Source: Oligoflexales bacterium (GTDB lineage: Bacteria; Bdellovibrionota_B; Oligoflexia; Oligoflexales; CAIYRB01). Taken from it: a stretch of 45,937 nt of DNA. Position 1 is the stretch's first letter. Every line of letters starts with the position of its first letter. The notes below the pieces were generated by a model. That model ran no database searches. It was not told the origin of the DNA and saw only the letters and a program-made list of their open reading frames with translations. Both the position numbers and the translations under genes were made by a program. Location of the stretch: assembly GCA_041736175.1 (NCBI GenBank), contig JBGSUI010000061.1, forward strand, positions 1-45,937, read 5' to 3'. Positions 27,174-37,539 of the stretch are shown in pieces.

Positions 27174-27671
27174 TTGGCAAAAAGCGGCTCAAAAAATCAG
27201 GATACTAAACCTTTCAAGAAAAGTGAGCTTAGGCGCTATTACTTTCATGACCAGCAGACTCTCGCCGTGCATGTTGACCAACTCAGAAGAAAGCACGAAT
27301 GGAAAAACGTAAGGGACTGGGCTCGGGGTGACTTTCTTTCTTGGTATGCGGCGAGCGTTGCTCCAACTCTTAATTTTAAAAAAATTTGTCCAGCCGAATT
27401 TCCTTACCCCTTCAAATTTAGCGGATTTGAATTTGATGACTACTGCTACGTCTTTAAAGCTCTGGGGATATCTGACCAAAAGTCTTTCCGCGGGTACCGA
27501 GACTTTTTTCAGTCTTTAAAGAAGGAAAATCCACGACTTTATTACCAGACAATTTCTCACTGCATTCCTAGCTTCGATATTAAACATGTATTTGAGAACC
27601 TAAGATTTATGGGCATTGAGGATATAAAAAGATACTGCGTTTTGACAGAAACTACAAAATTTAGTGAGTAA
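27174..27671 (+). CDS. Hypothetical protein
   Basis: 165-aa ORF, TTG start after GAGGAG; no recognisable motif. Confidence 0.6.
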   Translation: MAKSGSKNQDTKPFKKSELRRYYFHDQQTLAVHVDQLRRKHEWKNVRDWARGDFLSWYAASVAPTLNFKKICPAEFPYPFKFSGFEFDDYCYVFKALGISDQKSFRGYRDFFQSLKKENPRLYYQTISHCIPSFDIKHVFENLRFMGIEDIKRYCVLTETTKFSE

Positions 27672-28262
27672 GAGTAGTTTTTTGAACGCCAAAAGTCGTC
27701 AATCAGGCCCCCATGATTTCAGCGAATTGAGAGGCTGATTTTGGTGGGTGGTTTTTGAACCATATCTGGGCTGTTATCTTGCCTGGGAAAAATCGACGTG
27801 CGCGTTTGGGCCTGAATTGACCCCCCCTCTTTGCAGCTTGATTGACTGTGGTGATTGCACCTTGTGGTTGATCCTCCTTTAGCGGCCTTTAGGACGCGAT
27901 TTTTCGGCTTGGTATGCATAGGTAGTAACGACTAGTGGAAACCAACAAAATTGGGTCTATCTGGTTTTCCACCGCTTCAAATTAGCTGATTTTCTGATCA
28001 ACCAAATCAGTTGGTTTGCCGCAAGGTAGTCTAGATGGTACTGGATTTAGTAGATCGAACACTATCACTATTCAAACATAGCATCGAGAACTAATCTCTC
28101 CCCCATATCTCTCGTTTGAAGGTTCCATAGAGATTCATGTTCGGCAATTCCGCAAGTGCAGGATATTTTTTCAAGCAAATCGGTCAGATTGCTTGATAAC
28201 CATAACAATTACCTAAATCTTACCTATTGAACTGCCGAACCATATTTATTTAGGAGGTATCT

Positions 28263-29129
28263 ATGGCAACAACTGCCGTATCTCGAATTCGTCGGCAGCA
28301 GTTGGATTTCGGCGACGCGCTGCTGCACGTCTTGAGCAATGAATACGACGAGGTTTTACTAGAGTTCGCCGTCGAGGACGTGCCAGCAGTAGCTATGGGG
28401 GCTCTTGCGCTTCCCGTTGCTGCCGGCAAGGGGCTATGGGATGCCGCTAAACACGTCTTTGATGTTGGGATCAGTCAAGCTACTTTCGACGCCTACGAAG
28501 GGGCGAAGGCATTCGCCGGGACGGCAACAGAGGTCCCCGGACGTGCAATGCAGGCTGCTTCCTATTTCTACGACGAATTTGTGTTTCATCTCGAAAAGAG
28601 ACAAGACACCTCGGATAAGGCGCTCTTTGTCGGGAGACTATCGACGTACCTCGGCACTTTTGCTGCGAGTGCCGTCGTCGGTGCAGATACTCCTGACAAA
28701 GACATCACGGTTCTGGGAATCGGCAGTCACCGAAACTTCTTTTTTCATTCGGCGGCGATTGCTCTTGGCGTCAAGCTCATTTGCCGTTTAATGCTGCGGG
28801 TTGCTTCCCGGGCTGAGAAACTCGTCAAGAAGGGGTCGGACGACCACGAAGCGTTGGTTTTCATCGCAACCAACCTAAAGGCGGTATCCTTCGGATATGC
28901 GGTCGGAACAGCAACCCATCTGGTAAAGGATGCGACCTTCGACGGTAGCAAAGCCGTGACCGGTCCTTTGGGTGGAACGTTGATCGACGGGACCATCGTC
29001 GATGACGATGCGTGGCTTTTGCTCAATGGTTTTGTCGCTATTATGGCTGGAGAAGAACCCAAGAAGCGTCGAAAGCGGAAAGTACGCAAGACTGCAAGTA
29101 AAAAGAAGGCAACAAAGCGTGGATCCTAG
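28263..29129 (+). CDS. Membrane protein with YdjM-like metal-dependent hydrolase motifs
   Basis: PDKD...HRNFFFHS...THLVKD matches the PDxD/HRxxxHS/HLxxD pattern; AGGAGGT RBS; basic C-terminal tail; upstream TAAAT-N15-GCCGAACC. Confidence 0.65.
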   Translation: MATTAVSRIRRQQLDFGDALLHVLSNEYDEVLLEFAVEDVPAVAMGALALPVAAGKGLWDAAKHVFDVGISQATFDAYEGAKAFAGTATEVPGRAMQAASYFYDEFVFHLEKRQDTSDKALFVGRLSTYLGTFAASAVVGADTPDKDITVLGIGSHRNFFFHSAAIALGVKLICRLMLRVASRAEKLVKKGSDDHEALVFIATNLKAVSFGYAVGTATHLVKDATFDGSKAVTGPLGGTLIDGTIVDDDAWLLLNGFVAIMAGEEPKKRRKRKVRKTASKKKATKRGS

Positions 29130-29727
29130 GGTGGTGATCCCGATTCGCGCCTGAGTATAAAATCGATAGGGAAGAAACTCTTTATAGAGATCTGTTCATG
29201 AACTTGAAATGCTCTGTCACGTTGGCCACAGTAGATTTTAGCATTTCTGTAAAAACCGAGACGTCGGTCAAGTCGATAACTGGGGTATCGGTCTTGGGTG
29301 TCTTGGTGTTAGGAAACCTGTGGGGAAATGCAGAGAGGGATTCAACCTCCACCTTCAGGAAGTATGTTAAGAAATAATTGAACTGATTCCGGCACCAAGA
29401 GGGGTTTCTGGGGTACCGTGCTCATCCGGGGGAAAGCTTACTCTAAGATTGCCGATCATAGTGAAGCCGATTATCATGATATAACTAAAAGCCTGTTCCA
29501 AAGGAATTAAATAGTCTTTTATTTACTGAGCCCCCGCCGAACGCCGACTACAAAAATCTAACACTCTTTGGTTTCAATTGCTAAAGACACAGTCATAAAA
29601 TCAAATATTATCTGTATATTAATGTCTTAGAGTAAGTTTTCCCTCGGATGAGCCTGGTACCCCATTATCGACTTAGGTCTCTGATGTCAATGCTTGATTG
29701 GTTAGATGGCTAGTCAAATCAAATCTA

Positions 29728-30225
29728 CTAAAACGTGGTTGAGTTATTTCCTGTTGCCAGTTGTTTTTTGGTCAACGGTTTTAAAAGGGGGAGTTGCAAT
29801 GGTGGTAGTCCCATTCTCACCAAAGTGTTTTGGAAAAATTCTCTGAAGTATGGGTAAGCATTATATACGGCATTGGTTTTTGCAAATAATTCGAGTTTCT
29901 CGTCTGTAACAGACTCTGGGGTGAGAATATCGTATGCTAAAGCAAAACATGCTTCTATAGCGAATTGAGGTTCATCTGCCTTGAGCCCTTTGAGTTTCAT
30001 AGTTACGAAGCAAATGAATACTTTTCTGTCTGTCGAAAGTGCTCCTGAATGGGAAATTTCTTTTGTTATGTTAATTTCTCCCGATTCGATGACTCCTGGT
30101 CCTGTTATGCAATCAACATTGCATGATTTCAAAAAAATATTATTTACTTGAAGGTTTTCAATAATGCTTTCGAGTTTTTCGTTTGTTTTTATACTTAGGT
30201 CTGCCTTCTTGGATTTTTTAGTCAT
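29728..30225 (-). CDS. SecB-like chaperone of a toxin-antitoxin-chaperone (TAC) module
   Basis: FAIEACFALAY...FAKTNAVYNAYPYFREFFQNTLVRMGLPPLQLP is the SecB-like signature; third gene of the operon. Confidence 0.88.
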   Translation of the reverse strand: MTKKSKKADLSIKTNEKLESIIENLQVNNIFLKSCNVDCITGPGVIESGEINITKEISHSGALSTDRKVFICFVTMKLKGLKADEPQFAIEACFALAYDILTPESVTDEKLELFAKTNAVYNAYPYFREFFQNTLVRMGLPPLQLPLLKPLTKKQLATGNNSTTF

Positions 30226-30248
30226 CTTTATTGACTCCTGGTTTTTAC

Positions 30249-30671
30249 CTATGCAAAACGGCGTACAGAATATCTAGTTGATTTGTGAGTTGTGATTTTT
30301 TCCAATGTCATTGGATCAGCTGAGAATCGATATGGTTTGATATGGGGCAGTACAACACTTTGATTGTCGCCAGCCATGGGTACGTAGATGCTTTTTTCCG
30401 TGTTTTCTAATGGCTCAGCGAGCAAAGTAAGTTGGCTATTCAGTAGATAGCAAATTCGGGCTAATGTCTTGAGTGTCATGTTTCGAGTTCCTGATAAGAG
30501 AGCCGAAACATGTGCTTCGCTTTGACCGAGTTTTTTGGCTAGTGTCGCTTGATCGATCCCTTGGTGTTCCATGAGTTGATAGATTAAAGTCTGTGCCTTA
30601 AGAAGTAACAGTTCTTCTTGAAACTCCGGTGTTTTTTCTAGCTCTTCAAATGTACGATTAAGTTTAGTCAT
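30249..30671 (-). CDS. HigA-like XRE HTH antitoxin with C-terminal extension (putative ChAD)
   Basis: GIDQATLAKKLGQSEAHVSALLSGTRNMTLKTLARI HTH followed by a tail of about 50 aa. Confidence 0.85.
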   Translation of the reverse strand: MTKLNRTFEELEKTPEFQEELLLLKAQTLIYQLMEHQGIDQATLAKKLGQSEAHVSALLSGTRNMTLKTLARICYLLNSQLTLLAEPLENTEKSIYVPMAGDNQSVVLPHIKPYRFSADPMTLEKITTHKSTRYSVRRFA

Positions 30672-31068
30672 TTTTTTCTTTCTGCGCTTTCCATGCCGTA
30701 TATATATTCTTCAGTTTTATAACTTCTTTCGGAGGCCAATCGTCCTTTTTCTTCATGAATCCGTGTGTTGCGTAAAGTTGAAAGCCGGGTTGCCAGAAAC
30801 AACTTATTCTTACTGTGCCACATTTAAATTCGAGGAATGTCATGCCGTCGTATTCAAGGAGCTTTTTGAATTTTTGTGGGTGACGGAATGCCATGAGCAT
30901 CGTATCGAGTAGGCGAAAAATGGCGAGAAGGCTGATCCGGTCCTTGTCTTCGAGGTTGTTGATAAAGTCAGAAGCTGGAAATTCCCCATTATAGGCTACT
31001 GCCCAAATTGTAACTTTTGCTCCCTTCCAGATGACCTTGCGCTGGTCGTTTTGGGACAGTGAACTCAA
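30664..31068 (-). CDS. HigB/RelE-like (Gp49-type) toxin
   Basis: PASDFIN.L, KFKKL, EFK...RISCF, THGFMKK..WPPKE; TTG start with G-rich RBS; 8-bp overlap with the antitoxin. Confidence 0.82.
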   Translation of the reverse strand: MSSLSQNDQRKVIWKGAKVTIWAVAYNGEFPASDFINNLEDKDRISLLAIFRLLDTMLMAFRHPQKFKKLLEYDGMTFLEFKCGTVRISCFWQPGFQLYATHGFMKKKDDWPPKEVIKLKNIYTAWKAQKEKND

Positions 31069-31093
31069 TCCCCCTCCCCTCTTTTCAATCTAC

Positions 31094-31150
31094 TTATCGG
31101 CGTCCAGCCACGGTCACTTAACATATATATTAAGTTAAGGCATGTGTCAA
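31094..31150 (-). promoter_or_regulatory. TAC operon control region: sigma28-like promoter, 20-bp operator palindrome, sigma70-like -35
   Basis: TTAAG-N15-GCCGATAA (31121-31094); palindrome ACTTAACATA|TATATTAAGT (31116-31135, one mismatch); TTGACA at 31150-31145. Confidence 0.65.
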
Positions 31151-31364
31151 AGGCAAATTTGTCCTTAATACTTTGTTATAGTTGAATATTTTATAGATAT
31201 CGAATCCTTAAGATTCACTTTTAATGTCCCAAGGGTTTCCAAATGGCATCACTGGCTCCGAAAGGTCGCTACGACTTATCATCTCCATAAAGTTCCTAAA
31301 AAGACTTTACTTGTAAGAACAGACTCCTTTTATTACAATGAGTTTGTCATATTAGGGGGCTGAG

Positions 31365-32720
31365 TTGGAAAGATCCCATTTAATACATCTAAATTATTGG
31401 ATAAAATCCAAAAGGCGTCGCCCGCTTATCATCCGTGGTGCTCGCCAAGTGGGCAAATCGACCCTTGTCCGTATGTTTGCCCAATTTAATCAGAAGAATC
31501 TTTTGGAAATCAATCTCGAACGGCACGCCTATCTAAACAAAGTTTTTGCGACTCTCGACGTGGCGGCAATCATCACTGCAATCGAAGACGCTACTGGGAA
31601 AGCTTTAAGCACCGACTCCCTCTTATTTCTGGACGAAATCCAAGCAACGCCCCAAGCACTCGCTGCTCTACGATATTTTTATGAAGACCGTCCGCAAATT
31701 CCGGTAATCGCCGCTGGGTCACTGCTAGAATTGGTTTTGCCCGAAATTGAGTTTTCAATCCCAGTCGGGCGCATCGACTATTTTCATATGGGCCCCTGCA
31801 ACTTTTCTGAGTATCTCATCGCCATGAAGGAGGACCATTTACTCGACAAACTTAATTCGTATAAAATCGGCTCACCCTGGTCTGAAGCACTGCACACCAA
31901 CCTTACAAGACACCTTGAGCGTTTTATGCTTGTGGGTGGAATGCCGGAGCCCTTAGCGCATTTTATCGACGATCCCAATGACACGCAGGGTTGGATTCAG
32001 GCACAGCAGCGAATCCTTGACACCTATGCTGATGATTTTAATAAATACCGCAAGCGTGGGGACTGGGCTCAAATCCTTCAGGAAATCTATCTCCGCCTTC
32101 CAGCGTATTTTGGCCAAAAAATCAAATATACTGAGCTAGCTCCCGGGCATCGAGTCGAAAAAATCCACAAAGCCATGGATATGCTTACTGCAGCTCGCAT
32201 CCTGATCAGGGCCAGTCACGTTTCTCCGCCCATGAACCCATTAAAAGCACATGCTTCATCAAAGATCTACAAAACCTACGGCCTGGATATCGGACTATTA
32301 AACCGACAATTTGGCGGTCCAACTGGAACCCGGCAAGCTGGACTATCACCAAACTTTAAGGGTCTCCAAGCCGAACAATTTGTCGCCCAACATCTTGCTT
32401 ACCGAGGTGCGCCGACCTCACAGCCAGAACTTTATTATTGGCTTAGAGAAGGCAAGATCGATAACGCTGAAATTGATTTTATGACGACCCACCAAACACC
32501 AAACGAATTAGAAATCATTCCTATTGAGGTCAAGTCTGGGTCAAGCTCTAGAATGCAATCGTTAGAGATTTATACCAAGCAATACCACCCTTCTATAGCC
32601 ATAAGATTTTACAACGGCCCCCCCAAGGTCGAACCATGGTTGGGGGTCAACGGAATCAAGTTGTTAAGTTTACCCATTTATATGGCACCCTTTTTAGCGC
32701 GGACACTTCTTGATCCCTAG
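31365..32720 (+). CDS. ATP-binding protein, AAA_14 + DUF4143 family, with C-terminal PD-(D/E)xK-like motif
   Basis: GARQVGKS, FLDEIQ, AAGS, GGMPE, DIGLL, EIDF, PIEVKSG. Confidence 0.92.
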   Translation: MERSHLIHLNYWIKSKRRRPLIIRGARQVGKSTLVRMFAQFNQKNLLEINLERHAYLNKVFATLDVAAIITAIEDATGKALSTDSLLFLDEIQATPQALAALRYFYEDRPQIPVIAAGSLLELVLPEIEFSIPVGRIDYFHMGPCNFSEYLIAMKEDHLLDKLNSYKIGSPWSEALHTNLTRHLERFMLVGGMPEPLAHFIDDPNDTQGWIQAQQRILDTYADDFNKYRKRGDWAQILQEIYLRLPAYFGQKIKYTELAPGHRVEKIHKAMDMLTAARILIRASHVSPPMNPLKAHASSKIYKTYGLDIGLLNRQFGGPTGTRQAGLSPNFKGLQAEQFVAQHLAYRGAPTSQPELYYWLREGKIDNAEIDFMTTHQTPNELEIIPIEVKSGSSSRMQSLEIYTKQYHPSIAIRFYNGPPKVEPWLGVNGIKLLSLPIYMAPFLARTLLDP

Positions 32721-33626
32721 CTGCTGACAAAGGTACTCGACGAGGCGCTTGCGGTAGAGTGGGTTTTGATCACCAAAAGCTCCCGTGTGACCATCTCCGA
32801 TGCCGCCTAGGGGGATCGTCCAGAATTCCTTAGGTGGGTTTGCAAGTTCATAGAGTTTTTTGCCTGAGGCAAACGGGACCACGGGATCTCCCACAGCATG
32901 GATAAAGAGTTTGGGGATCGAAAGTTTACCGACAAAATCCTGTGGGCTATAGTCGTCCGACACCAGGTAGCTTAGGGGATATTGGAAAGGCCAGGTGAGC
33001 CAAATATCCGAGAGTTTGATCCGGGCCACCTCCCGGTAAGAGGCGAAGGTGCTGTCAACCACCAGAGCTTTGATCCCGGCGAAGCCGCTTTGGACAAGAC
33101 TCGGAATGGCTACCGTTCCACCGAGACTCTGGCCAATCACGACGATGTTTGGTGAGCGGGAATGGGTCCGAACCCACTCCAGCATAGCGATTCCGTCGTG
33201 GACCAGGCCTTCTCGCGTGGGCACCCCCTGGGATTTTCCGTAACCGCGATAGTCAAAAACCACAAGGTCAAAACCCAAAGGCACAAGCCAGGCCAGAAAG
33301 AGAAAGTGTGAGGTCATATTTTGTGCATTGCCATGAAACTGGACGATGGTCCCCAAGGGTGCGGGTTTGTCGGAGCCAGTGGCATGAGTTGGAGAATCTA
33401 TATCAGCTTGGATCCACCAGCCGTGGAGGAGGATATGATCCTTGGTTTTTACGTTAAACTCCTGATAGTCCAAATCCAGTTTTTTTGGAGTGGTGTGGAC
33501 TAGGTCATCGGGAAAATAAAACAAGTGATTACAGGATAAATTCATTGTGAAGTTCATCAGGAGGCTCAATAGAAAAAAGGCCTTATAAATCCTTTGTAAA
33601 CTAAAACTAAAATCTAATTTTTGCAA
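32694..33626 (-). CDS. Alpha/beta hydrolase (YfhR/ABHD-like), probable lipoprotein
   Basis: FHGNA, DYRGYG, GQSLG nucleophile, D.VVP, GH; start uncertain. Confidence 0.9.
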   Translation of the reverse strand: MQKLDFSFSLQRIYKAFFLLSLLMNFTMNLSCNHLFYFPDDLVHTTPKKLDLDYQEFNVKTKDHILLHGWWIQADIDSPTHATGSDKPAPLGTIVQFHGNAQNMTSHFLFLAWLVPLGFDLVVFDYRGYGKSQGVPTREGLVHDGIAMLEWVRTHSRSPNIVVIGQSLGGTVAIPSLVQSGFAGIKALVVDSTFASYREVARIKLSDIWLTWPFQYPLSYLVSDDYSPQDFVGKLSIPKLFIHAVGDPVVPFASGKKLYELANPPKEFWTIPLGGIGDGHTGAFGDQNPLYRKRLVEYLCQQLGIKKCPR

Positions 33627-33997
33627 AAATTCCCCCTAAAGTAGCTGCGAATTCCCAGGGTCGAGTCCCACCGACCCCTGATGTTTGTGAATCAATCGAC
33701 CCTAAAGTTTTTCAAAATATTTTTTGACATAAGCTTGATTCCTATTTTGCAATCTTTAAATAAATGAGACTTCTGAGATCTGGTCTCACAGAATGATTTA
33801 AGATCTCATCAGATCATAGCACTGATGGGAGAGGGTTGGGTGAGTGGTCGCAAGGATTCACCTTCGCCCTGGGCGATTTCCTTGCTTAAGTCGGTCTATG
33901 GACTGCCAAGAGAGAGACGATCCCGTGACAAAGGGCTCAAGGCCCTGTATACCTTAGATAGATAAATCGGAATGAACCCTCATCGGGGGAGTGAAGG

Positions 33998-36004
33998 ATG
34001 CAGGTGTTATCAAGTTTGGTTTTTGCGGTCTTGGCTTTAGGATCCTTTGGATTCCTGGCTTTTAACCTACGCAAAACTTGGCTTCGGATCAGTTTAGCCA
34101 CCGGCGCAGACGATGTGCGTGTCGGAGACTGGCCCGAGCGAATCAAAGGTATGGTGATTGGTGGATTTTTGCAGCCTAAAATGCTCAAAGATGCGCCGAC
34201 CGCAGTGATGCATTATATGATCTTTTTTGGCTTCCTGACCGTATCTCTCGGGACGCTTGAAACCATGCTCCACGGGCTGACGGGTTCGGTGACGTTGAAA
34301 ACGATTTTAGGGGATAACATCCTCTATCATATGTATCTCCTGAGTCAAGATATCGGGAACGCCACGGTGGCTGTGGCGATTCTATGGGCCTTTTTTCGCC
34401 GCTTGGTGTTAAAACCTTGGCGCCTGTCCCAGCTTGATGAGCACGCTAAAAAAGACGCATATGTGGTGCTGGGATTTATTTTAGGGCTTGTGGTCACTGC
34501 GCTGCTCTATATGGGTGCCAACACTAGGGCACTGGACCCGGTCCAGTTACCCGCAGCCTTTCTACCCATCTCTGCCGCGATAGCGGGGGTGATCGGTGGA
34601 GTGATTGGGACCTCCTCCCCGGAAGGGTGGGGGCAGTTGGCGACGGTGTTTTGGTGGCTCCATGTTTTGGTCTTAAGTACCTTTTCGGTCTACCTGCCTT
34701 TTTCTAAACACCAGCATTTTATTTGGGTTTGGCCTAATATGCTGTTTCGCAGCCTAAAGGCACGGGGCAGGATCCGACCCATGAAAATCGATGAGAATGC
34801 CGAGTCCTTTGGGGTCAAGACCCTTAAAGAACTTCCCTGGAAACAAGTGTTAGATGGGATCACCTGCGTCGAATGCGGTCGTTGTACCTCCCAATGCCCG
34901 GCTACCAATACTGGAAAACCCCTTGATCCTCGCAAGATTATGAAACATATCAAAACAGCCTATGCCGAAGAACACGATCCAAGGGTTGCGACCAAACGAG
35001 CCCTCACCGGTGAGATCGTCACCCCCGAGGAGCTATGGGCTTGCACCACCTGTGGAGCCTGTATGGAGGCGTGTCCGCTTTATATCGAGCATATTCCTTC
35101 GATCATCGATATGCGCCGCTACTTGACTTTAACGGAGGCTAGTTTTCCAGAAGAGTTAGCCAATACCTTTAAAAGCCTCGAAACCAGCGCGTCGCCCTGG
35201 CCTATGGATCCCAGCACCCGGGGGGATTGGGCTAAAGGATTGGGCGTGAGCACGATGGCCGAAAAAAGCGATGTGGAGTATCTCTTTTGGGTTGGCTGCG
35301 CGGGGTCTTATGACGAACGCTATAAGAAAGTATCCACTTCTATCGCTAAAATCCTGAAAAAAGCCGATATCAGTTTTTCCATCTTAGGCCAAGAAGAGCA
35401 GTGCAACGGAGACACCGCTAGGCGTCTAGGGAACGAATACTTGGCCCAGATGCAGATCGAAGGCAATGTCGAAACCTTTAAGCGCTATAAGGTGAAAAAA
35501 GTGGTGACCGGATGTCCCCATTGTTTTAACACCCTTAAAAACGAATACCCTGACCATGGGGTGCAACTCGACGTCATCCACCACAGCCAGTTGATCTCTG
35601 ACCTGGTTAAGACTGGTAAGATCAAATCCGGTGAGGTCCCTGCCGTTGCCCAATCGGTGACTTATCACGATTCTTGTTATCTGGGTCGACACAATGAAGT
35701 CTACGAGGCCCCCCGCGAGGCTCTCCGTGCAGTAGGAGGGCTTGAGCTTAAGGAGATGCCTCGTAGCCGCCAACAGGGTTTTTGCTGCGGTGCTGGCGGA
35801 GGGAGGATGTGGCTCGAAGAAAAAACCGGAGAACGGATCAACGAAAATCGTGCCAAAGAAGCCTTGGCAACCGGTGCTAAAACCGTTGCCACAGCCTGTC
35901 CCTTTTGTATGACGATGTTAAGCGATGGGGTTAAATCCCAGGGCCAAGCAGACCAGGTCAAGATTAAAGATATCGCCGAAGTTGTGGCAGAAACACTTTC
36001 ATAA
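33998..36004 (+). CDS. FadF-like membrane Fe-S oxidoreductase (TM domain + 2x[4Fe-4S] + two CCG domains)
   Basis: CVECGRC...CP, CTTCGAC...[28 protein letters not shown]. Confidence 0.9.
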   Translation: MQVLSSLVFAVLALGSFGFLAFNLRKTWLRISLATGADDVRVGDWPERIKGMVIGGFLQPKMLKDAPTAVMHYMIFFGFLTVSLGTLETMLHGLTGSVTLKTILGDNILYHMYLLSQDIGNATVAVAILWAFFRRLVLKPWRLSQLDEHAKKDAYVVLGFILGLVVTALLYMGANTRALDPVQLPAAFLPISAAIAGVIGGVIGTSSPEGWGQLATVFWWLHVLVLSTFSVYLPFSKHQHFIWVWPNMLFRSLKARGRIRPMKIDENAESFGVKTLKELPWKQVLDGITCVECGRCTSQCPATNTGKPLDPRKIMKHIKTAYAEEHDPRVATKRALTGEIVTPEELWACTTCGACMEACPLYIEHIPSIIDMRRYLTLTEASFPEELANTFKSLETSASPWPMDPSTRGDWAKGLGVSTMAEKSDVEYLFWVGCAGSYDERYKKVSTSIAKILKKADISFSILGQEEQCNGDTARRLGNEYLAQMQIEGNVETFKRYKVKKVVTGCPHCFNTLKNEYPDHGVQLDVIHHSQLISDLVKTGKIKSGEVPAVAQSVTYHDSCYLGRHNEVYEAPREALRAVGGLELKEMPRSRQQGFCCGAGGGRMWLEEKTGERINENRAKEALATGAKTVATACPFCMTMLSDGVKSQGQADQVKIKDIAEVVAETLS

Positions 36005-36018
36005 GCATAGGGAGCTTC

Positions 36019-37539
36019 ATGTTCAACATGTTTAGGGGACTAGGGAGTCTAAAGATCAGGTCTAGTCGCTTTTTGGTGGCTTGTTTAGCCATGGAAGCCG
36101 CCTTAAACTCCCCCATTTTAAATCCACGATCGACTCCGGTGGCCTTCGGGAACACCGCTAAGGGAGTAGCAGGTATGCATCAATTCCAAGTCACGCGTCT
36201 TCCAACCGGCCTCGATCTGGTTTCTCTCCAGTCTGCAAAAGTTCCCCTAGTGACGATCGTCTTAGTGGTCAAAGCCGGAGCGATGACCGAGACTCCAGAT
36301 ATCCGCGGGCTGACCCATCTGTGGGAGCATATGTTTTTTAAGGGTAACCAACGAATCCCTACCCAAGAAGGCTTTAACAAACGGATTAGACAATTAGGGA
36401 TCGTTTACAACGGCGATACCTCCCCAGAGATGGTTCGCTATTATTTTACCTTACCTTCGGCCTTTTTAGATGATGGGTTGCAGTTTATGGCCGATGCAAT
36501 CTCGACCCCTCTCTTAGAGCAAAAAGAACTGGAGCGGGAACGCCAAGTGGTTCTCGATGAGTATGACCGCTCAGCCGCCCGTCCCGGATTTGACTTTAAT
36601 AACCTGCAGCGGGTGTTGATGTACGGTAACCAAGAGTATCGGCGAGATCCCCTCGGTCTAAGACCGATCATCTCACAAGCGACAAGGGAGCAACTCCTCC
36701 GCATTAAAAAGGAGGTGTTTGTGCCTTCTAATTCTGCTCTTGTGGTCACCGGGGACTTTGATCAGGCCAAACTCGAAGCTGGGGTCAAAAAGCATTTTGC
36801 AAGCTGGCAAGACCCACCACAATGGAAGCCTCTGGTACCACCAGCTTTTCCAAAAATGAGTCAAGACCATCAGTTTGCAATGGCCCGCCCTCTAGTCCAG
36901 AATGCCTATGTGGAGATCAGTTTTGAAGGTCCAAAGGCTCGAACGATGCCCCAAGAATCTTTCGAGGTAGATGTCCTGTCCCATCTTTTAGCGCTAAAAT
37001 CGGGCAAGTTTTATAAAAAGTTTGTTGATTCAGGGCTGATCTTTCAAGGGGGTATGGGGTATTACACCCAGTCCCAGGCGGGCGAGGTTAACCTCTATGC
37101 CACAACGACTCCTGACTCGGCCCAAAGGGTCGCAACCCAGCTGGTCGACGAGATTAAGGAGTGGGTGAAACCTGATTATTTTACCAACGAACAGTTAGAG
37201 GATGTGCGTCGAAGCCTGATGATCAATCACAAAAGGCAGGTCAACCAAACCAGTGAATACGCCAAAAATCTAGCCTTTTGGTGGGCGATCACCGGCCTCG
37301 ACTATTACGACAAATATTTAGACAACCTTAAAAAAGTTGGCCTTAAAGAAGTCCAGGGTTTCGTCACTAAATGGCTTTTAGGGACTAAAAAAATGACCAG
37401 CATCCTCCTCTCGCCTGAAGATGCTAAAAAATCTGGAATCACGGATACCTCGATACCCTTGGTCGAACGCTATCTTAAAGACTATCAAATTCCCAGTGCG
37501 GACAGTCCAGCGGGCATGAAAAAGGGGGCATCTCTATGA
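36019..37539 (+). CDS. M16 family peptidase, catalytic subunit
   Basis: Inverted zinc motif HLWEHMFFKG; ERERQVVLDE; start uncertain. Confidence 0.9.
   Translation: MFNMFRGLGSLKIRSSRFLVACLAMEAALNSPILNPRSTPVAFGNTAKGVAGMHQFQVTRLPTGLDLVSLQSAKVPLVTIVLVVKAGAMTETPDIRGLTHLWEHMFFKGNQRIPTQEGFNKRIRQLGIVYNGDTSPEMVRYYFTLPSAFLDDGLQFMADAISTPLLEQKELERERQVVLDEYDRSAARPGFDFNNLQRVLMYGNQEYRRDPLGLRPIISQATREQLLRIKKEVFVPSNSALVVTGDFDQAKLEAGVKKHFASWQDPPQWKPLVPPAFPKMSQDHQFAMARPLVQNAYVEISFEGPKARTMPQESFEVDVLSHLLALKSGKFYKKFVDSGLIFQGGMGYYTQSQAGEVNLYATTTPDSAQRVATQLVDEIKEWVKPDYFTNEQLEDVRRSLMINHKRQVNQTSEYAKNLAFWWAITGLDYYDKYLDNLKKVGLKEVQGFVTKWLLGTKKMTSILLSPEDAKKSGITDTSIPLVERYLKDYQIPSADSPAGMKKGASL

Noticed and set aside
27935..28196. 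Several imperfect hairpins in the spacer before the YdjM-like gene
   Set aside because: No shared sequence or regular spacing; no RNA family can be supported
29320..29400. tRNA-like fragments (GGGATTCAACC, GATTCCGGCACCA) as a possible att site
   Set aside because: No cloverleaf and no intact GTTCGA T-loop
31261..31364. Periodic dyads upstream of the second AAA_14 ATPase
   Set aside because: Only weak GACT...AGTT pairs with irregular spacing; not comparable to the array at 2906-3036
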